Source: a virus
Taxonomy: Duplodnaviria > Caudoviricetes
Length of the DNA: 64,000 bases
Virus record (IMG/VR): IMGVR_UViG_3300021255_000062
Location: 61,901-125,900 of that record
Reading direction: 5' to 3' (one strand)
In this document: positions 32,874 through 42,975 of the stretch, in pieces
Layout: every line of letters starts with the position of its first letter
Numbering within the stretch: position 1 is the first letter of the stretch
Made by a program: the position numbers and the translations under genes
The notes under the pieces: model-generated
What the model was told of the DNA's origin: nothing
The model's database searches: none
The model's input: only the letters and a program-made list of their open reading frames with translations

Positions 32874-33020
32874 TTAAATTAATTTTCTTAATTCCTTAAG
32901 TTCCCTTTCGATTTCGAATAACTCTCTTCTGTCTTTTTCTCTCCAGTGGTCAATCATGTGGATTAAAAATTCTTTATCTTCTAACTCTTTAATTCTTTTT
33001 AAAATTTCTTCTCTTGTCAT
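32874..33020 (-). CDS. Small early protein (48 aa)
   Basis: MTREEILKRIKELED..; AAAGGAG SD, promoter. Confidence 0.6.
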   Translation of the reverse strand: MTREEILKRIKELEDKEFLIHMIDHWREKDRRELFEIERELKELRKLI

Positions 33021-33166
33021 TGTTTTTATCTCCTTTCTTTGTTTCTATCTAAATTATAATATATATTTTTAAATTTGTCAAGTCTTTTTAAAAAAATTTT
33101 TTGAATTTTTTCTATTTCGATCCTGCAAAATTAGACGGCCGGCCAACGAAAAAAGTATCAGATGAA

Positions 33167-33469
33167 TTAATTCATCTGATACCCACTGTAAGTAATTTCT
33201 AAAATTACGTCATCTGTGATATTTTCAGTTCCACAAGTTCCCATTAAGCAACAAAGTAAATCACCTTTTACGTTATCTTCACAACCGTAAAACTGCCATT
33301 CATAACCTACTGCATCAACGCAAGTAACAAGGTCTTTATCATAGTCTAAGTCAACAACTTCCATACACCGCATATAAGTTTCGGGCATCTTTGTTTTTGC
33401 TGAGGTGTGGATTGTGGGAACGAGGGCTAAAACAACTAAACTAAATACTAATACTTTTAAAATCTTCAT
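33167..33469 (-). CDS. Small secreted/membrane early protein
   Basis: Signal-peptide-like N-terminus; SD and promoter. Confidence 0.65.
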   Translation of the reverse strand: MKILKVLVFSLVVLALVPTIHTSAKTKMPETYMRCMEVVDLDYDKDLVTCVDAVGYEWQFYGCEDNVKGDLLCCLMGTCGTENITDDVILEITYSGYQMN

Positions 33470-33625
33470 TTTTTGTATCTCCTTTCTTTATCTATATGTA
33501 TTATATCACATATAAGAGAAATGTCAATAGTTTTTTTAAAAAAAATAAAAGTTAGTTATGTCCAATCTTTTGGCCGGCCGACTTGAAAAAGTCTTGCGAC
33601 TTTTACAAGTACTCAGCATGATTAA

Positions 33626-33811
33626 TTAAGCATTTCTTAAAACTTTAAGTGAAAAGCCTAATTTTAAAACAGAAAGAACTTCATAGACTTGACTATTGTA
33701 AATATTAGTCTCATTAAAAAAGAAATGGATTCTTTTAAAAAGAAAGCCTTTAAAACCATATTCCCACCAAATTTTCCCAGTTTCAGTATTTAAAACTTTT
33801 ATTTTATACAT
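33626..33811 (-). CDS. Small early protein
   Basis: SD and promoter. Confidence 0.6.
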   Translation of the reverse strand: MYKIKVLNTETGKIWWEYGFKGFLFKRIHFFFNETNIYNSQVYEVLSVLKLGFSLKVLRNA

Positions 33812-33956
33812 CTTATTTACTTCCTTTCTTTTATGTTGTGTTGTCTTTCCTTAACTGTCTTTATTATACACTATGTTTGTCTTTTTGTCAATACTTTTTT
33901 GAAATTTTTTAAATTTTGCCGATGGCGGCCGGCCCGCAACAAAAAAAGATGGACTT

Positions 33957-34103
33957 TTATAAGTCCATCAATCCTTTATATAAGTCTTTAATCATTCCAT
34001 CTGTGAAGTGTTTATCTTCCATTACGTTTGCAAAGTCAATTGTGAAAGAATGTTCAAAACCCCATTTTCTAATAATATTTGTAAGCATCTCTTCTCTTGT
34101 CAT
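33957..34103 (-). CDS. Small early protein (48 aa)
   Basis: MTREEMLTNIIRKWGFEH..; leader nearly identical to the 33020 gene. Confidence 0.6.
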   Translation of the reverse strand: MTREEMLTNIIRKWGFEHSFTIDFANVMEDKHFTDGMIKDLYKGLMDL

Positions 34104-34259
34104 TGTTTTTATCTCCTTTCTTATTTTCTGACTTAATTATATCAAACAATCTTACTTTAGTCAATAGACAAAATACACAAAATCATTTGTGCAATTTGCC
34201 GAAACCAGGATCCGGCCGGCCAACAAAAAAAAGAGTCCTGAAAGGACTCTTTTAATTAT

Positions 34260-34442
34260 TTATTTTAAGCTTTTAGTTATGGCCTTAACCATAACCAGTA
34301 CAAGATAAATACCAACTGCGATTTTCCAAGTAAAATCAAAACCGAAAGCCCAGCAGATTCCATATACAAGGCCTGAAGTAATTCCAAAACCGAATGCGAT
34401 TGCTAACAGAATAACTAATGTAGTTGCGATTACTTTTTTCAT
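34260..34442 (-). CDS. Small two-TM membrane protein
   Basis: Two hydrophobic helices; SD, promoter, terminator. Confidence 0.65.
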   Translation of the reverse strand: MKKVIATTLVILLAIAFGFGITSGLVYGICWAFGFDFTWKIAVGIYLVLVMVKAITKSLK

Positions 34443-34726
34443 TTCTTTATCTCCTTTTCTTTTTTGAAGTGCTTTCCTTTAACTGTCTATATAATATCAT
34501 AAACCGGTTTATCTGTCAATAGTTTTTAAATAAAAAGTTGCACAAAAGTATAAAAGATTTTTGTGCAACCTGACGATCCGTCCTGGCCGGCCCGCGCCCT
34601 GGTTAGGTTGGTCCAGGCGGGACTAAACCAGGATAACTTTAGGAAACTAAAGTATTAAAGTACAAAGTACTTTAACACTTTAAAGTGTTAAATTGAGGGA
34701 TCCGGGCCGGCCGGGCGACTCAGCCG

Positions 34727-34856
34727 CGGGTTAGTTGAAACTAACCAACTATCGGGTTAGTTGAAACTAACCAACTATCGGGTTAGTTGAAACTAACCAA
34801 CTATCGGGTTAGTTGAAACTAACCAACTATCGGGTTAGTTGAAACTAACCAACTAT
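34727..34856. repeat. 5 x 26-bp perfect tandem repeat CGGGTTAGTTGAAACTAACCAACTAT
   Basis: Units start at 34727, 34753, 34779, 34805 and 34831; no spacers. Confidence 0.97.
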
Positions 34857-35112
34857 ATTGGATCCGCACACTTTAATGCTTTAAAGTAGCAACTTTGTTA
34901 AGAATTTAACATTCGAACTGACGTTCACCGAACTGACGTTCACCTGGTCGGCCCGCCACTTTAGGGGTTTAAAGTATAGAAGTAACCGGATCCGCCGCTA
35001 CCAGGAGTAATTTTTTGTTGTCGAAAAAATTACCCATGACAAAAATTTACCCTTTACAAATCCGGACTTTTCCTGTATAATCTTAAGTAGATAAGGAAAG
35101 GAGATAAAGACC

Positions 35113-35574
35113 ATGAAAAACATCACATTATTCAACGAAATGATAAGAGTTTACGATAAAAAAGCCTACACCCACAATTACATCTTTGGCATCCGCTACA
35201 AGGGCAACATCTACATGATAAAGACCACAAGCCAGCTTTTGGCGCTGGTCTTAAAGCTTGATAAAGCTAGCCGTGGTAAGGGCTACAGCTTAAGATTCAA
35301 GCCGAACAACAAAGTTAGGGAACTGCTCTTAGCTGAGGGCGCTGAGCTGATTTGCTCCGCTGAGATGTTCGACGAACTGGTTAAAAACAGCAAGTACAAC
35401 AAAGGCGAAATCTTTGAGAAGCTTGTGACTGAGTGGTTCGGTCAGAAGTGGGAAAAGGACAACGTACCATTCACAGAGGATGGCGACCTCACGGTAAACG
35501 GAACAGCCTACCAAATCAAATACGAACAGGCAACCTTCCTCACGGAAGCCCAAATGCTCAGGCTGAGGGGCTAA
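35113..35574 (+). CDS. Hypothetical protein, possible PD-(D/E)xK fold
   Basis: KYNKGEIFEK...DGDL...YQIK pattern; strong SD. Confidence 0.6.
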   Translation: MKNITLFNEMIRVYDKKAYTHNYIFGIRYKGNIYMIKTTSQLLALVLKLDKASRGKGYSLRFKPNNKVRELLLAEGAELICSAEMFDELVKNSKYNKGEIFEKLVTEWFGQKWEKDNVPFTEDGDLTVNGTAYQIKYEQATFLTEAQMLRLRG

Positions 35575-35945
35575 GCCCCTGGGCCTGGACCGCCTGGCGG
35601 ATCCACTGTCCTAATATTAAAGCTAAGCCATGAGCTAAGGTTGCGCTGCTGGTCGGAGCTTCACAGCCTGGCGCTACAATTGCTAAAAGCTATTCGCTCG
35701 GCCGGCCCGCTGCCACTGAGCGCTACATCAGCCGCGGGTCCTGCTGCCGCTGCCATCAACAAAATCAAATCACATTTTTAAACAACAAAAAATTTGACAA
35801 ATCTAAAAAAATTTGATATAATAAATTTAGAAAGAAAAAAGAAATTCAAACAAAAACTAAAATTCAAAAACAAAATAAAAAAGTCTTGACAATAAAAGAA
35901 GTACATGCTATAATATAATTACTAAAAGAAAGTGAGGGCGAATCA

Positions 35946-36305
35946 ATGGCAGTTAGTAGAAAAGTAGAGAGAGAAATTTTAAGAACTGAATACCTTGATA
36001 AACTTATTGAATACTTTAGAAATGACGAGGATGTTTTAAGAACCAAATCTAACGAAATTGCTTTTCCTGTTGTTGGTTGTGAAGGAAATGAAGATTTCAT
36101 CGTTATTACTGTAAAAGTTCCCACAGGCGCAAATAAAGGTACTGAGCCTTACGATGGTTATGAACTCGCGCAGGAATACATCATGAAAACAGAAGAAAAG
36201 AGACGCAAAGCAAAGGAAAAAGAAGACAAAAAGAAAAAGAAGATTGCAAGGGATGAGGAAATCCGCAAGAAAAAGAAAGCAATCGCAGATAAGGGCGCAG
36301 AGTAG
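35946..36305 (+). CDS. Early protein family A, copy 1
   Basis: Paralog of 44008 (shared KSNEIA.PVVGCE, KVPTGANKGTEPYDGY). Confidence 0.75.
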   Translation: MAVSRKVEREILRTEYLDKLIEYFRNDEDVLRTKSNEIAFPVVGCEGNEDFIVITVKVPTGANKGTEPYDGYELAQEYIMKTEEKRRKAKEKEDKKKKKIARDEEIRKKKKAIADKGAE

Positions 36306-36434
36306 CGCCCTTTTGCGTCGGCCGGCGCCACCTTCCATCATAAAAATAAAATAAATTTTTTAAAAATAAGGGTTGACAAATAATAAAAAATAATATATAA
36401 TATAGATAAGAAAAGAAAGAAAGGAAAAAAAGAA

Positions 36435-36878
36435 ATGACAAAAGCAATTTACTTTGATATGGATGGAACGATTGCAGACCTTTACGGAGTTGATGGATGG
36501 TTAGATATGTTGATTAATGAAGATGCAACACCATACGCACAGGCAACACCACTTTTAAGACTTTGCACTCTTGCAAGGGTTTTAAACAATCTTCAGAAGA
36601 AAGGTTGGCACATTGGAGTTGTTAGTTGGTTAGCAAAAAATGGCACAGACCACTATAACAAAGATGTTACAGAAACAAAAAAGGAGTGGTTAAAAAATCA
36701 CATGCCAAGTGTTAAATGGAATGAAATTAAAATTGTAGAATACGGTACACCAAAATCAACAGTTGTAAATCTTAAAGGTGGAATCCTTTTTGATGATGAA
36801 GAAAAGAATAGAACTGAATGGGATGGGATTGCATACGATGTAAATGACATTATCGGCACTTTGAAGGCGGTTGCATAG
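36435..36878 (+). CDS. HAD-superfamily 5'(3')-nucleotidase-like
   Basis: YFDMDGT, VVS, K and LFDD motifs. Confidence 0.75.
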   Translation: MTKAIYFDMDGTIADLYGVDGWLDMLINEDATPYAQATPLLRLCTLARVLNNLQKKGWHIGVVSWLAKNGTDHYNKDVTETKKEWLKNHMPSVKWNEIKIVEYGTPKSTVVNLKGGILFDDEEKNRTEWDGIAYDVNDIIGTLKAVA

Positions 36879-36980
36879 GTCGTCTTCTGCGGCCGGTCGA
36901 TAAAAATCTTGTAAAAACTATTGACAAATAAATTATTATATGATATTATATAGAAAAGAAAAGAAAGGTAGGAAACAAAC

Positions 36981-37154
36981 TTGAAAATTGGTAAAGTTGT
37001 TCTTGGAATTTTTTACGTAGTAATTGCTATTATACTTTTATGGATATTATTTTCCTATATTGAGGTAGTATCACATAATTTGGATGGTTTCTACAATTAT
37101 TCTAGTTGGAATTGTTTCGTTATTTTTATTAATGGATTTTCCCCAATTCATTGA
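36981..37154 (+). CDS. Small membrane protein
   Basis: TTG start after SD; hydrophobic N-terminus. Confidence 0.5.
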   Translation: MKIGKVVLGIFYVVIAIILLWILFSYIEVVSHNLDGFYNYSSWNCFVIFINGFSPIH

Positions 37155-37676
37155 AAAAATCTCACATTTTAAATGTGGGATTTTTTCTCTCTAGAGATCT
37201 CCCAAAATTACTACAGTTTTATTCTTCCTAAAATTATTCTGCGCGGGTACTGGCCGGCCGCCGAATTGTCGGAATATTCCGAAAATATTTTTTTGAAAAT
37301 TTTTTCAAAAAAAGTATTGACATTCTCCCAAAATTATGATATATTATAATTGTCAAGGGGAGAGAAAGGATAACCCAAGGCAAGCCTTGATGGGGAATGG
37401 GTTCGAATCCCATGTGTGGACGCACACAAACCACGAAACTTTTTAAAAAAAGTTGTGATAAACCCCTTGACATTTTTCAGAAAATCTGATATAATAATTA
37501 TAGAAAAAGAAAAGAGGTCAAAAACTTCTCAAAAACTTTTTCAAAAAAAATCCTAAAAAGGTCTTGACAGATTCCAGAAAATCTGATATAATAAAGACAA
37601 CAAAGAAACAGGGGAGACAGGAACTCCCAAAATTAATCAAAAAGGGTTGCGACCAAACGCAAGAAAGAGGTATACT

Positions 37677-38021
37677 ATGACAAAGAGAGAATTCCTTAAC
37701 GCAGTTATTGAGACAGTAGCAGTTGCAGAACTTCAGGATTTTGCTAGGGCAGAAATCGAGAAGATGGACGCACGGAACGCAAAACGTGCAGGCACTCTTT
37801 CCAAAAAGGCAAAAGAAAACGAACCCATTAAGGAAAAAATTGTTGCTTTCCTTACTGGTAAAGAGGTTCCGCAGATTGCAAGTGAGATTGCAACGGCACT
37901 TGAAATCTCTACCCAGAAAACTTCTGCACTGTGTAGGCAGTTGGTAGAAGTTGGCACTCTCAATGTCGAGGATGTCAAGGTCAAAGGTAAAGGTAAGGTC
38001 AAGGGTTATACCCTTGTCTAA
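37677..38021 (+). CDS. Winged-HTH DNA-binding protein, family B copy 1
   Basis: ASEIA..LEISTQKTSALCRQL...KVKGKGKVKGYTL. Confidence 0.7.
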   Translation: MTKREFLNAVIETVAVAELQDFARAEIEKMDARNAKRAGTLSKKAKENEPIKEKIVAFLTGKEVPQIASEIATALEISTQKTSALCRQLVEVGTLNVEDVKVKGKGKVKGYTLV

Positions 38022-38232
38022 CCCTCTTCTTTCCCTCCTTTTCCTCCTTAGGGGACAGACAAAAAGTCTGTCCCTTTTTTATTTCTTCCTAACCGAACAT
38101 ACGTTCGGGCGCGGCCGGCCGATCCCAAAATTTCTCAAATTTTTTTCAAAAAAGTGTTGACAAGATAAGAAAAATATGATATTATATAGACAGTTAAGAA
38201 AGACATTTCAAATAATTAGGAGGTATTACGAA

Positions 38233-38373
38233 ATGAGAAAACTTTTATATGATTGCTATTACGGAAAAATTCTTGTAAAAACTGTCGCAACTCAAAAGAA
38301 GGCGAAGGAATGGAAAGCAACCAATCCTGAAAACTTCTATAAAATTAGATTAGAAAAGATTACGACCCTTTAG
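38233..38373 (+). CDS. Small basic early protein
   Basis: AGGAGG SD, promoter, terminator. Confidence 0.55.
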   Translation: MRKLLYDCYYGKILVKTVATQKKAKEWKATNPENFYKIRLEKITTL

Positions 38374-38636
38374 AACCCAACGGGTTCTATTGGGCCGGCC
38401 CGCCGAGTTGTCAGACTATTCTGAATTTAATTTTAGGGGTTGACACATAGAAAAAAATATGATATATTATAATTACCAAAGGGATAGAGTAACGGTCTCG
38501 GCAGATGTTAACTCACTTCTGAGGACGTGAAAAAATCTCAAAAAAGTTTCAAAAAACTCTTGACAAGCTTTTAAAAATCTGATATAATAAAGACAAGTTA
38601 AGAGAAACACACCACATAAAAAGAAAGGTTAAAAAG

Positions 38637-39011
38637 GTGAAAACTATGACAAGACGTGAAATGTTTGAAGTAATCGTAAACGGTAACATCACTGATGAGG
38701 TTGTAGCAATGGCGCAGAATGAAATCATCAAGATGGATGAGCGCAACGCAAAGCGCAAAAACAGACCTTCTAAAAATGCCCTTGCTAATGAGCCTATTAA
38801 GGCACATATCCTCGAGGTTCTTACTGATGCGCCTATGGTAGCAAGTGAGGTTGCTGAAAAGGTGGGTATCTCCACTCAGAAGGCTTCCGCTCTTCTCCGT
38901 CAGATTGACGGCTTAGTTGTAACTGAGGTTAAAGTCAAGGGTAAGGGTAAAGTCAAGGGTTATGCCCTTGGCGAAGGCCCTCAGTACCTTGACAGAGAGG
39001 TTACTGTTTAA
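38637..39011 (+). CDS. Winged-HTH DNA-binding protein, family B copy 2
   Basis: ASEVAEKVGISTQKASALLRQ...KVKGKGKVKGY. Confidence 0.7.
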   Translation: MKTMTRREMFEVIVNGNITDEVVAMAQNEIIKMDERNAKRKNRPSKNALANEPIKAHILEVLTDAPMVASEVAEKVGISTQKASALLRQIDGLVVTEVKVKGKGKVKGYALGEGPQYLDREVTV

Positions 39012-39184
39012 TCTCTCTTCCTTGGCTCTCTTGGGTTGACAAAACGTCAACCCTTTTATTTTATTATCTTATCCGAACATACGTTCGGGCGGGCCGGCCG
39101 CGAACGAAAATTTTCAAAAAAAATACTTGACAACAAGTATGTTTTCGGTTATAATAGATATAGAAAAAGAAAGGAGAACATAAA

Positions 39185-39376
39185 ATGACAAACACTAAAC
39201 ATCGTGATATGATTAGAGAAAACTTTATAGTTCTTGCGGAAACTGATAACGCAATTCTTTTTGACGCTTACGGAGAAATCTGTTGCGAAATTAACGGCGC
39301 AGACTTCTCTTGTAGTAGTGTCAAAGAGTTCTACGAAATGGTAGAACTTTTTGGGGATGACTCTTTTGAAGAGTGA
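39185..39376 (+). CDS. Small acidic early protein
   Basis: SD and promoter. Confidence 0.6.
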   Translation: MTNTKHRDMIRENFIVLAETDNAILFDAYGEICCEINGADFSCSSVKEFYEMVELFGDDSFEE

Positions 39377-39488
39377 TCCCCTGGCCGGCCCGCAGACTTT
39401 GTTAAAAAAATAACTTTTAAAAAAGGTGTTGACAAGTCCATAATTGTTTGCTATAATATAGGTACATTAAAGAAAGGAAATAAAACGA

Positions 39489-40127
39489 ATGGAAAAAATT
39501 CTTATTATCGACACAGAAACTACTAACACAATTGATGATGCACTTGTTTACGATGTGGGATATATCGTAGCAGACTATGATGGCAATATCTACCACAAAG
39601 ATAGTTTTGTTAATGCAGATATTTTCTGTGATAAAGAACTTATGGCAAGTGCATACTTCGCAGAAAAAATTCCTCAGTACTGGAAAGAAATTAAAAAAGG
39701 TAAAAGAACTTTAACCTCTTTCAGAAAAATCATGTGGACGTTGCGCCATGTTATGAAGGACTACAACATCAAAAAGGTTTATGCTTATAATTGCAGATTT
39801 GATTATTGTTCTCTTGCCACTACTCAGAGATATTTAACAAAATCTAAATGGAGATACTTCTTTCCTTATGGGACTGAGTTCCATGATATTCTTGCTCTTT
39901 CTCGCCACGTATTGAAAAAGTTAGATACTTATAGAAACTTCTGTAAAGAAAATGAATATGTCACCGCAAGAAACGCAAATAGATATACCGCAGAAATTGT
40001 GGCTCGTTACTTTTTCGATGAATCTTTTGTTGAAGAACATACAGCGCTTGCTGATTGTGAGATTGAATATAGAATCTTACTTGAATGTTTAAAGATGGAT
40101 TCAGACTATGAGACGAAAATGTGGTAA
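39489..40127 (+). CDS. DEDDh 3'-5' exonuclease, copy 1
   Basis: IIDTET, AYNCRFD, EHTALAD. Confidence 0.85.
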   Translation: MEKILIIDTETTNTIDDALVYDVGYIVADYDGNIYHKDSFVNADIFCDKELMASAYFAEKIPQYWKEIKKGKRTLTSFRKIMWTLRHVMKDYNIKKVYAYNCRFDYCSLATTQRYLTKSKWRYFFPYGTEFHDILALSRHVLKKLDTYRNFCKENEYVTARNANRYTAEIVARYFFDESFVEEHTALADCEIEYRILLECLKMDSDYETKMW

Positions 40128-40237
40128 GGGGTGACTCTTACCACGTGCGCCCGGCCGAAAAAATTTTTCAAAAAAGTGTTGACATTGGTGTAATTGTATG
40201 ATATAGTATATATAGAAAAGGAAAGGAGATAGAAAAA

Positions 40238-40432
40238 ATGAAATGTCATATTTGTAATAACGAAACTACTTGGGAAGAATCTTTTGGGAGAGAATCTTTT
40301 ATAGTTTGCCCATCTTGCCACAGGGAATTAACAAATAGAATTAAGGTTTTAAGAGTATGTGGATACACCCCAGAATCTTCCGCTTTAGATATTATCATTA
40401 CAATAGGAATCATGAAAGAAGAAAGGAAATAA
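40238..40432 (+). CDS. Small zinc-finger protein
   Basis: CHIC...CPSC. Confidence 0.6.
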   Translation: MKCHICNNETTWEESFGRESFIVCPSCHRELTNRIKVLRVCGYTPESSALDIIITIGIMKEERK

Positions 40433-40437
40433 AAGAA

Positions 40438-40677
40438 ATGAATAAATTTTTCGAAAACTTAAACTATATCGTACTTATACTTTTAATCGTTGGTCAGTGT
40501 ACCATCGGCGCCAATTGGGTAGTCGGTCAGTGTGTTTATCTTACAGCAAATTTGATTAGCGTTTCTCGTTGTTGGATTCTCAAACGTCCCGCTGCCGATA
40601 AAATTAAAGATTGTGCATGCCTTGCAATCACTCTTGGACTTCTCGGTATTAGGCTTCTCGGCGGACTTCCTTTTTAG
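40438..40677 (+). CDS. Small membrane protein
   Basis: Hydrophobic helices. Confidence 0.6.
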   Translation: MNKFFENLNYIVLILLIVGQCTIGANWVVGQCVYLTANLISVSRCWILKRPAADKIKDCACLAITLGLLGIRLLGGLPF

Positions 40678-40794
40678 GGTCTGCCGTTGGGCCGGCCCAC
40701 GTTAGAGACAACTAACCAACTTTTTTAAAAAAATACTTGACAAATAAGAAATTTTCTGATATAATTATTTTAGAAAAAGAAAAGGAGAAACAAA

Positions 40795-40971
40795 ATGACT
40801 AAAAAGAAAATTGATAAAGCAAATTATGTAAATGTTTCCAAAAAGAAAAGAAAAGAAATTGCAAAGGCGAATCGTGGAGACACCTTTGAGGGCTATCGCC
40901 CCGTATATTTCAGAGACAAAACCAAATACAACAGACAAAAAAATAAACAGATTAAAGATTGGGAGGATTAA
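40795..40971 (+). CDS. Small basic protein (58 aa)
   Basis: MTKKKIDKANY..; AAGGAG SD. Confidence 0.6.
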   Translation: MTKKKIDKANYVNVSKKKRKEIAKANRGDTFEGYRPVYFRDKTKYNRQKNKQIKDWED

Positions 40972-40972
40972 A

Positions 40973-41179
40973 ATGTTAGAAAAATTACAGAAATTTATTG
41001 AAGATTGTTACAACCACGCAGAAAAAAATGCAAAGACTTTCCGAGATATTGAAAACTATCGCGCGCAAGCATACGGCGCATTAACGTTCTGCATTGATAA
41101 TGACCTTGTAAAATATGAGGAAGTTGAAGACTATTGGGATACTATGTGGGAAAAATTCTTTCAGTTAAATAACAAATAA
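40973..41179 (+). CDS. Small early protein
   Basis: MLEKLQ..; GGAGG SD. Confidence 0.6.
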   Translation: MLEKLQKFIEDCYNHAEKNAKTFRDIENYRAQAYGALTFCIDNDLVKYEEVEDYWDTMWEKFFQLNNK

Positions 41180-41605
41180 AGATGGAAAACCTTTCCATCT
41201 TTGGCCGGCCGCGAGCAAATTGCACAAAACAGATCCTATTTCTTTGTGTAATATTCCCACTTGTTTTTTCTGTTCAATGTGATATAATTATAAGTGTCAA
41301 GGGGATGGAGTAGTAAAGAACAAAGGAAGTTACTCCCCCTTAGAAAATTAAAAAATTTTCTTAAAACCCCTTGACAAACTTGAAACTCTATGTTATAATA
41401 ACTTCAGAAGGTGAGGGAAGGAAGCAAGGGCAGACCCCAAGGCGCAAGATGCCGCAGTAAGTCTTCCTGATAAAGTCCCACCACCGCAAGCCGAAGTCCT
41501 ACTTTGCGGTATATAAATGTGAGGCAACATACGGGGATGCTCTGGAACCCCTAGGCTGGTAGGATGGAGCAATTTTATAATATAAAAAAGTGAGGATAAG
41601 ATAAT

Positions 41606-41839
41606 ATGTGTGATATTAATTTTCAGAATTATTCCGTTGAAGAATTAATTGCAATGAAAGCAACTATTGAAGCGACAATCGGAGACAAGAAACGAAAAGA
41701 ATATGATATTATGGTTAACAAGGTACTTAGTATTTTAGAAGTTATGGCAGAAAAATTTCCTTGCGAATGGGCCATAGATAATGAAGACCATGTGCTTGAT
41801 TGGGGTGATATTTATAAAGAAATTCGTGATTCTCATTAA
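41606..41839 (+). CDS. Small early protein
   Basis: SD-preceded ORF. Confidence 0.6.
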   Translation: MCDINFQNYSVEELIAMKATIEATIGDKKRKEYDIMVNKVLSILEVMAEKFPCEWAIDNEDHVLDWGDIYKEIRDSH

Positions 41840-41914
41840 TATTTTTTAAAAAATACTTGACTTTTTCTTTTCTCTGTGTTATAATTAATTTACCAAAAGA
41901 AAGGAGAACAAGAT

Positions 41915-42238
41915 ATGAAATTCGAACCAAAGATTAGTGGTACTAAAGTTACAGATTTTGAGATTAGACCCTTATTTAGTTCTCAGTTTATTTCATTACA
42001 AGATGTAATGGAAAAAGATTTATCTCAGCGCACGATGGATTGGATTTTGGATAATATCCGTTTTCATCGTGGCGACAGAACGGAAGAAAATAAAGGTAAA
42101 TGTATTTGGTGGGCAATATTAGATTTTGATACTGACTTAAAATTGGCGGTATTAGAAAATCACCCCGAATATGAAAAAGAGTTTATTGAATATTTCGGTG
42201 AAAACTGGATGAATCATTATATCCGTTTTAATCATTAA
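41915..42238 (+). CDS. Small early protein
   Basis: SD, promoter, terminator. Confidence 0.65.
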   Translation: MKFEPKISGTKVTDFEIRPLFSSQFISLQDVMEKDLSQRTMDWILDNIRFHRGDRTEENKGKCIWWAILDFDTDLKLAVLENHPEYEKEFIEYFGENWMNHYIRFNH

Positions 42239-42313
42239 AAAGTTGGGGTGGACAAAATAGTCCACCCTGGGCCGGCCAATCGGGGCAACCCTCTCAGTTG
42301 CCCCATTTTTATT

Positions 42314-42523
42314 TTATTGTACCAATCTACCGAACAACTGACACAAGTCACGCCATTCCTCATCATCGTTTGCAAAAAATTCATAATCATCTTCTTGTGG
42401 TTCATCAGGAATACCGAGGGCAAACCACACGTCATAAATTTCTTCGTCGCCAAGATTAATAATATAGTCGTTCATCTGTTTCGCAAACTCAATTCTCATT
42501 TTGATTAATTCTTCTCTTGTCAT
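42314..42523 (-). CDS. Small acidic early protein (inverted unit)
   Basis: MTREELIK..; promoter and terminator. Confidence 0.6.
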   Translation of the reverse strand: MTREELIKMRIEFAKQMNDYIINLGDEEIYDVWFALGIPDEPQEDDYEFFANDDEEWRDLCQLFGRLVQ

Positions 42524-42585
42524 GATTGTTTCCCCCTTTTCTATTTATATTATATCCAATTTTTGATTTTTTGTCAAGTACTTTT

Positions 42586-42753
42586 TTAAAAGAAAATCGA
42601 ATGACGACTTTCTCTTTCAATTTTTAAAGAATATCTTATCAATTCAGAAGGACTGAACTCTTCCACGTGTTTGTGGATTTCGTCCAGACTATTAGCAGTT
42701 GCAACTAAATATCTGTAACCATCTCTTCTATCAATCATATACAAAAACCACAT
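42586..42753 (-). CDS. Small early protein (inverted unit)
   Basis: MWFLYMIDRRDGY..; AAGGAG SD, promoter. Confidence 0.55.
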   Translation of the reverse strand: MWFLYMIDRRDGYRYLVATANSLDEIHKHVEEFSPSELIRYSLKIERESRHSIFF

Positions 42754-42975
42754 TTTTTCCAACTCCTTTCCTTTGTTATATATAATATACCATATCCTTT
42801 CCCGAATGTCAACCCCTTTTTTGAAAAAATCTTTTTATTGAACATGTATTCGGCGGGCCGGCCGCCGAGTTAGTTGAAACTAACCAACTAAAAAAAAGAA
42901 AAAATAAGAAAAAAGTGTTGACAAGTAATACAATCTATGCTATACTATATACAGTTCAAGAGAGGAGAAAATAAA

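Noticed and set aside
34727-34856. CRISPR array
   Set aside because: Repeats are contiguous with no unique spacers; no cas genes
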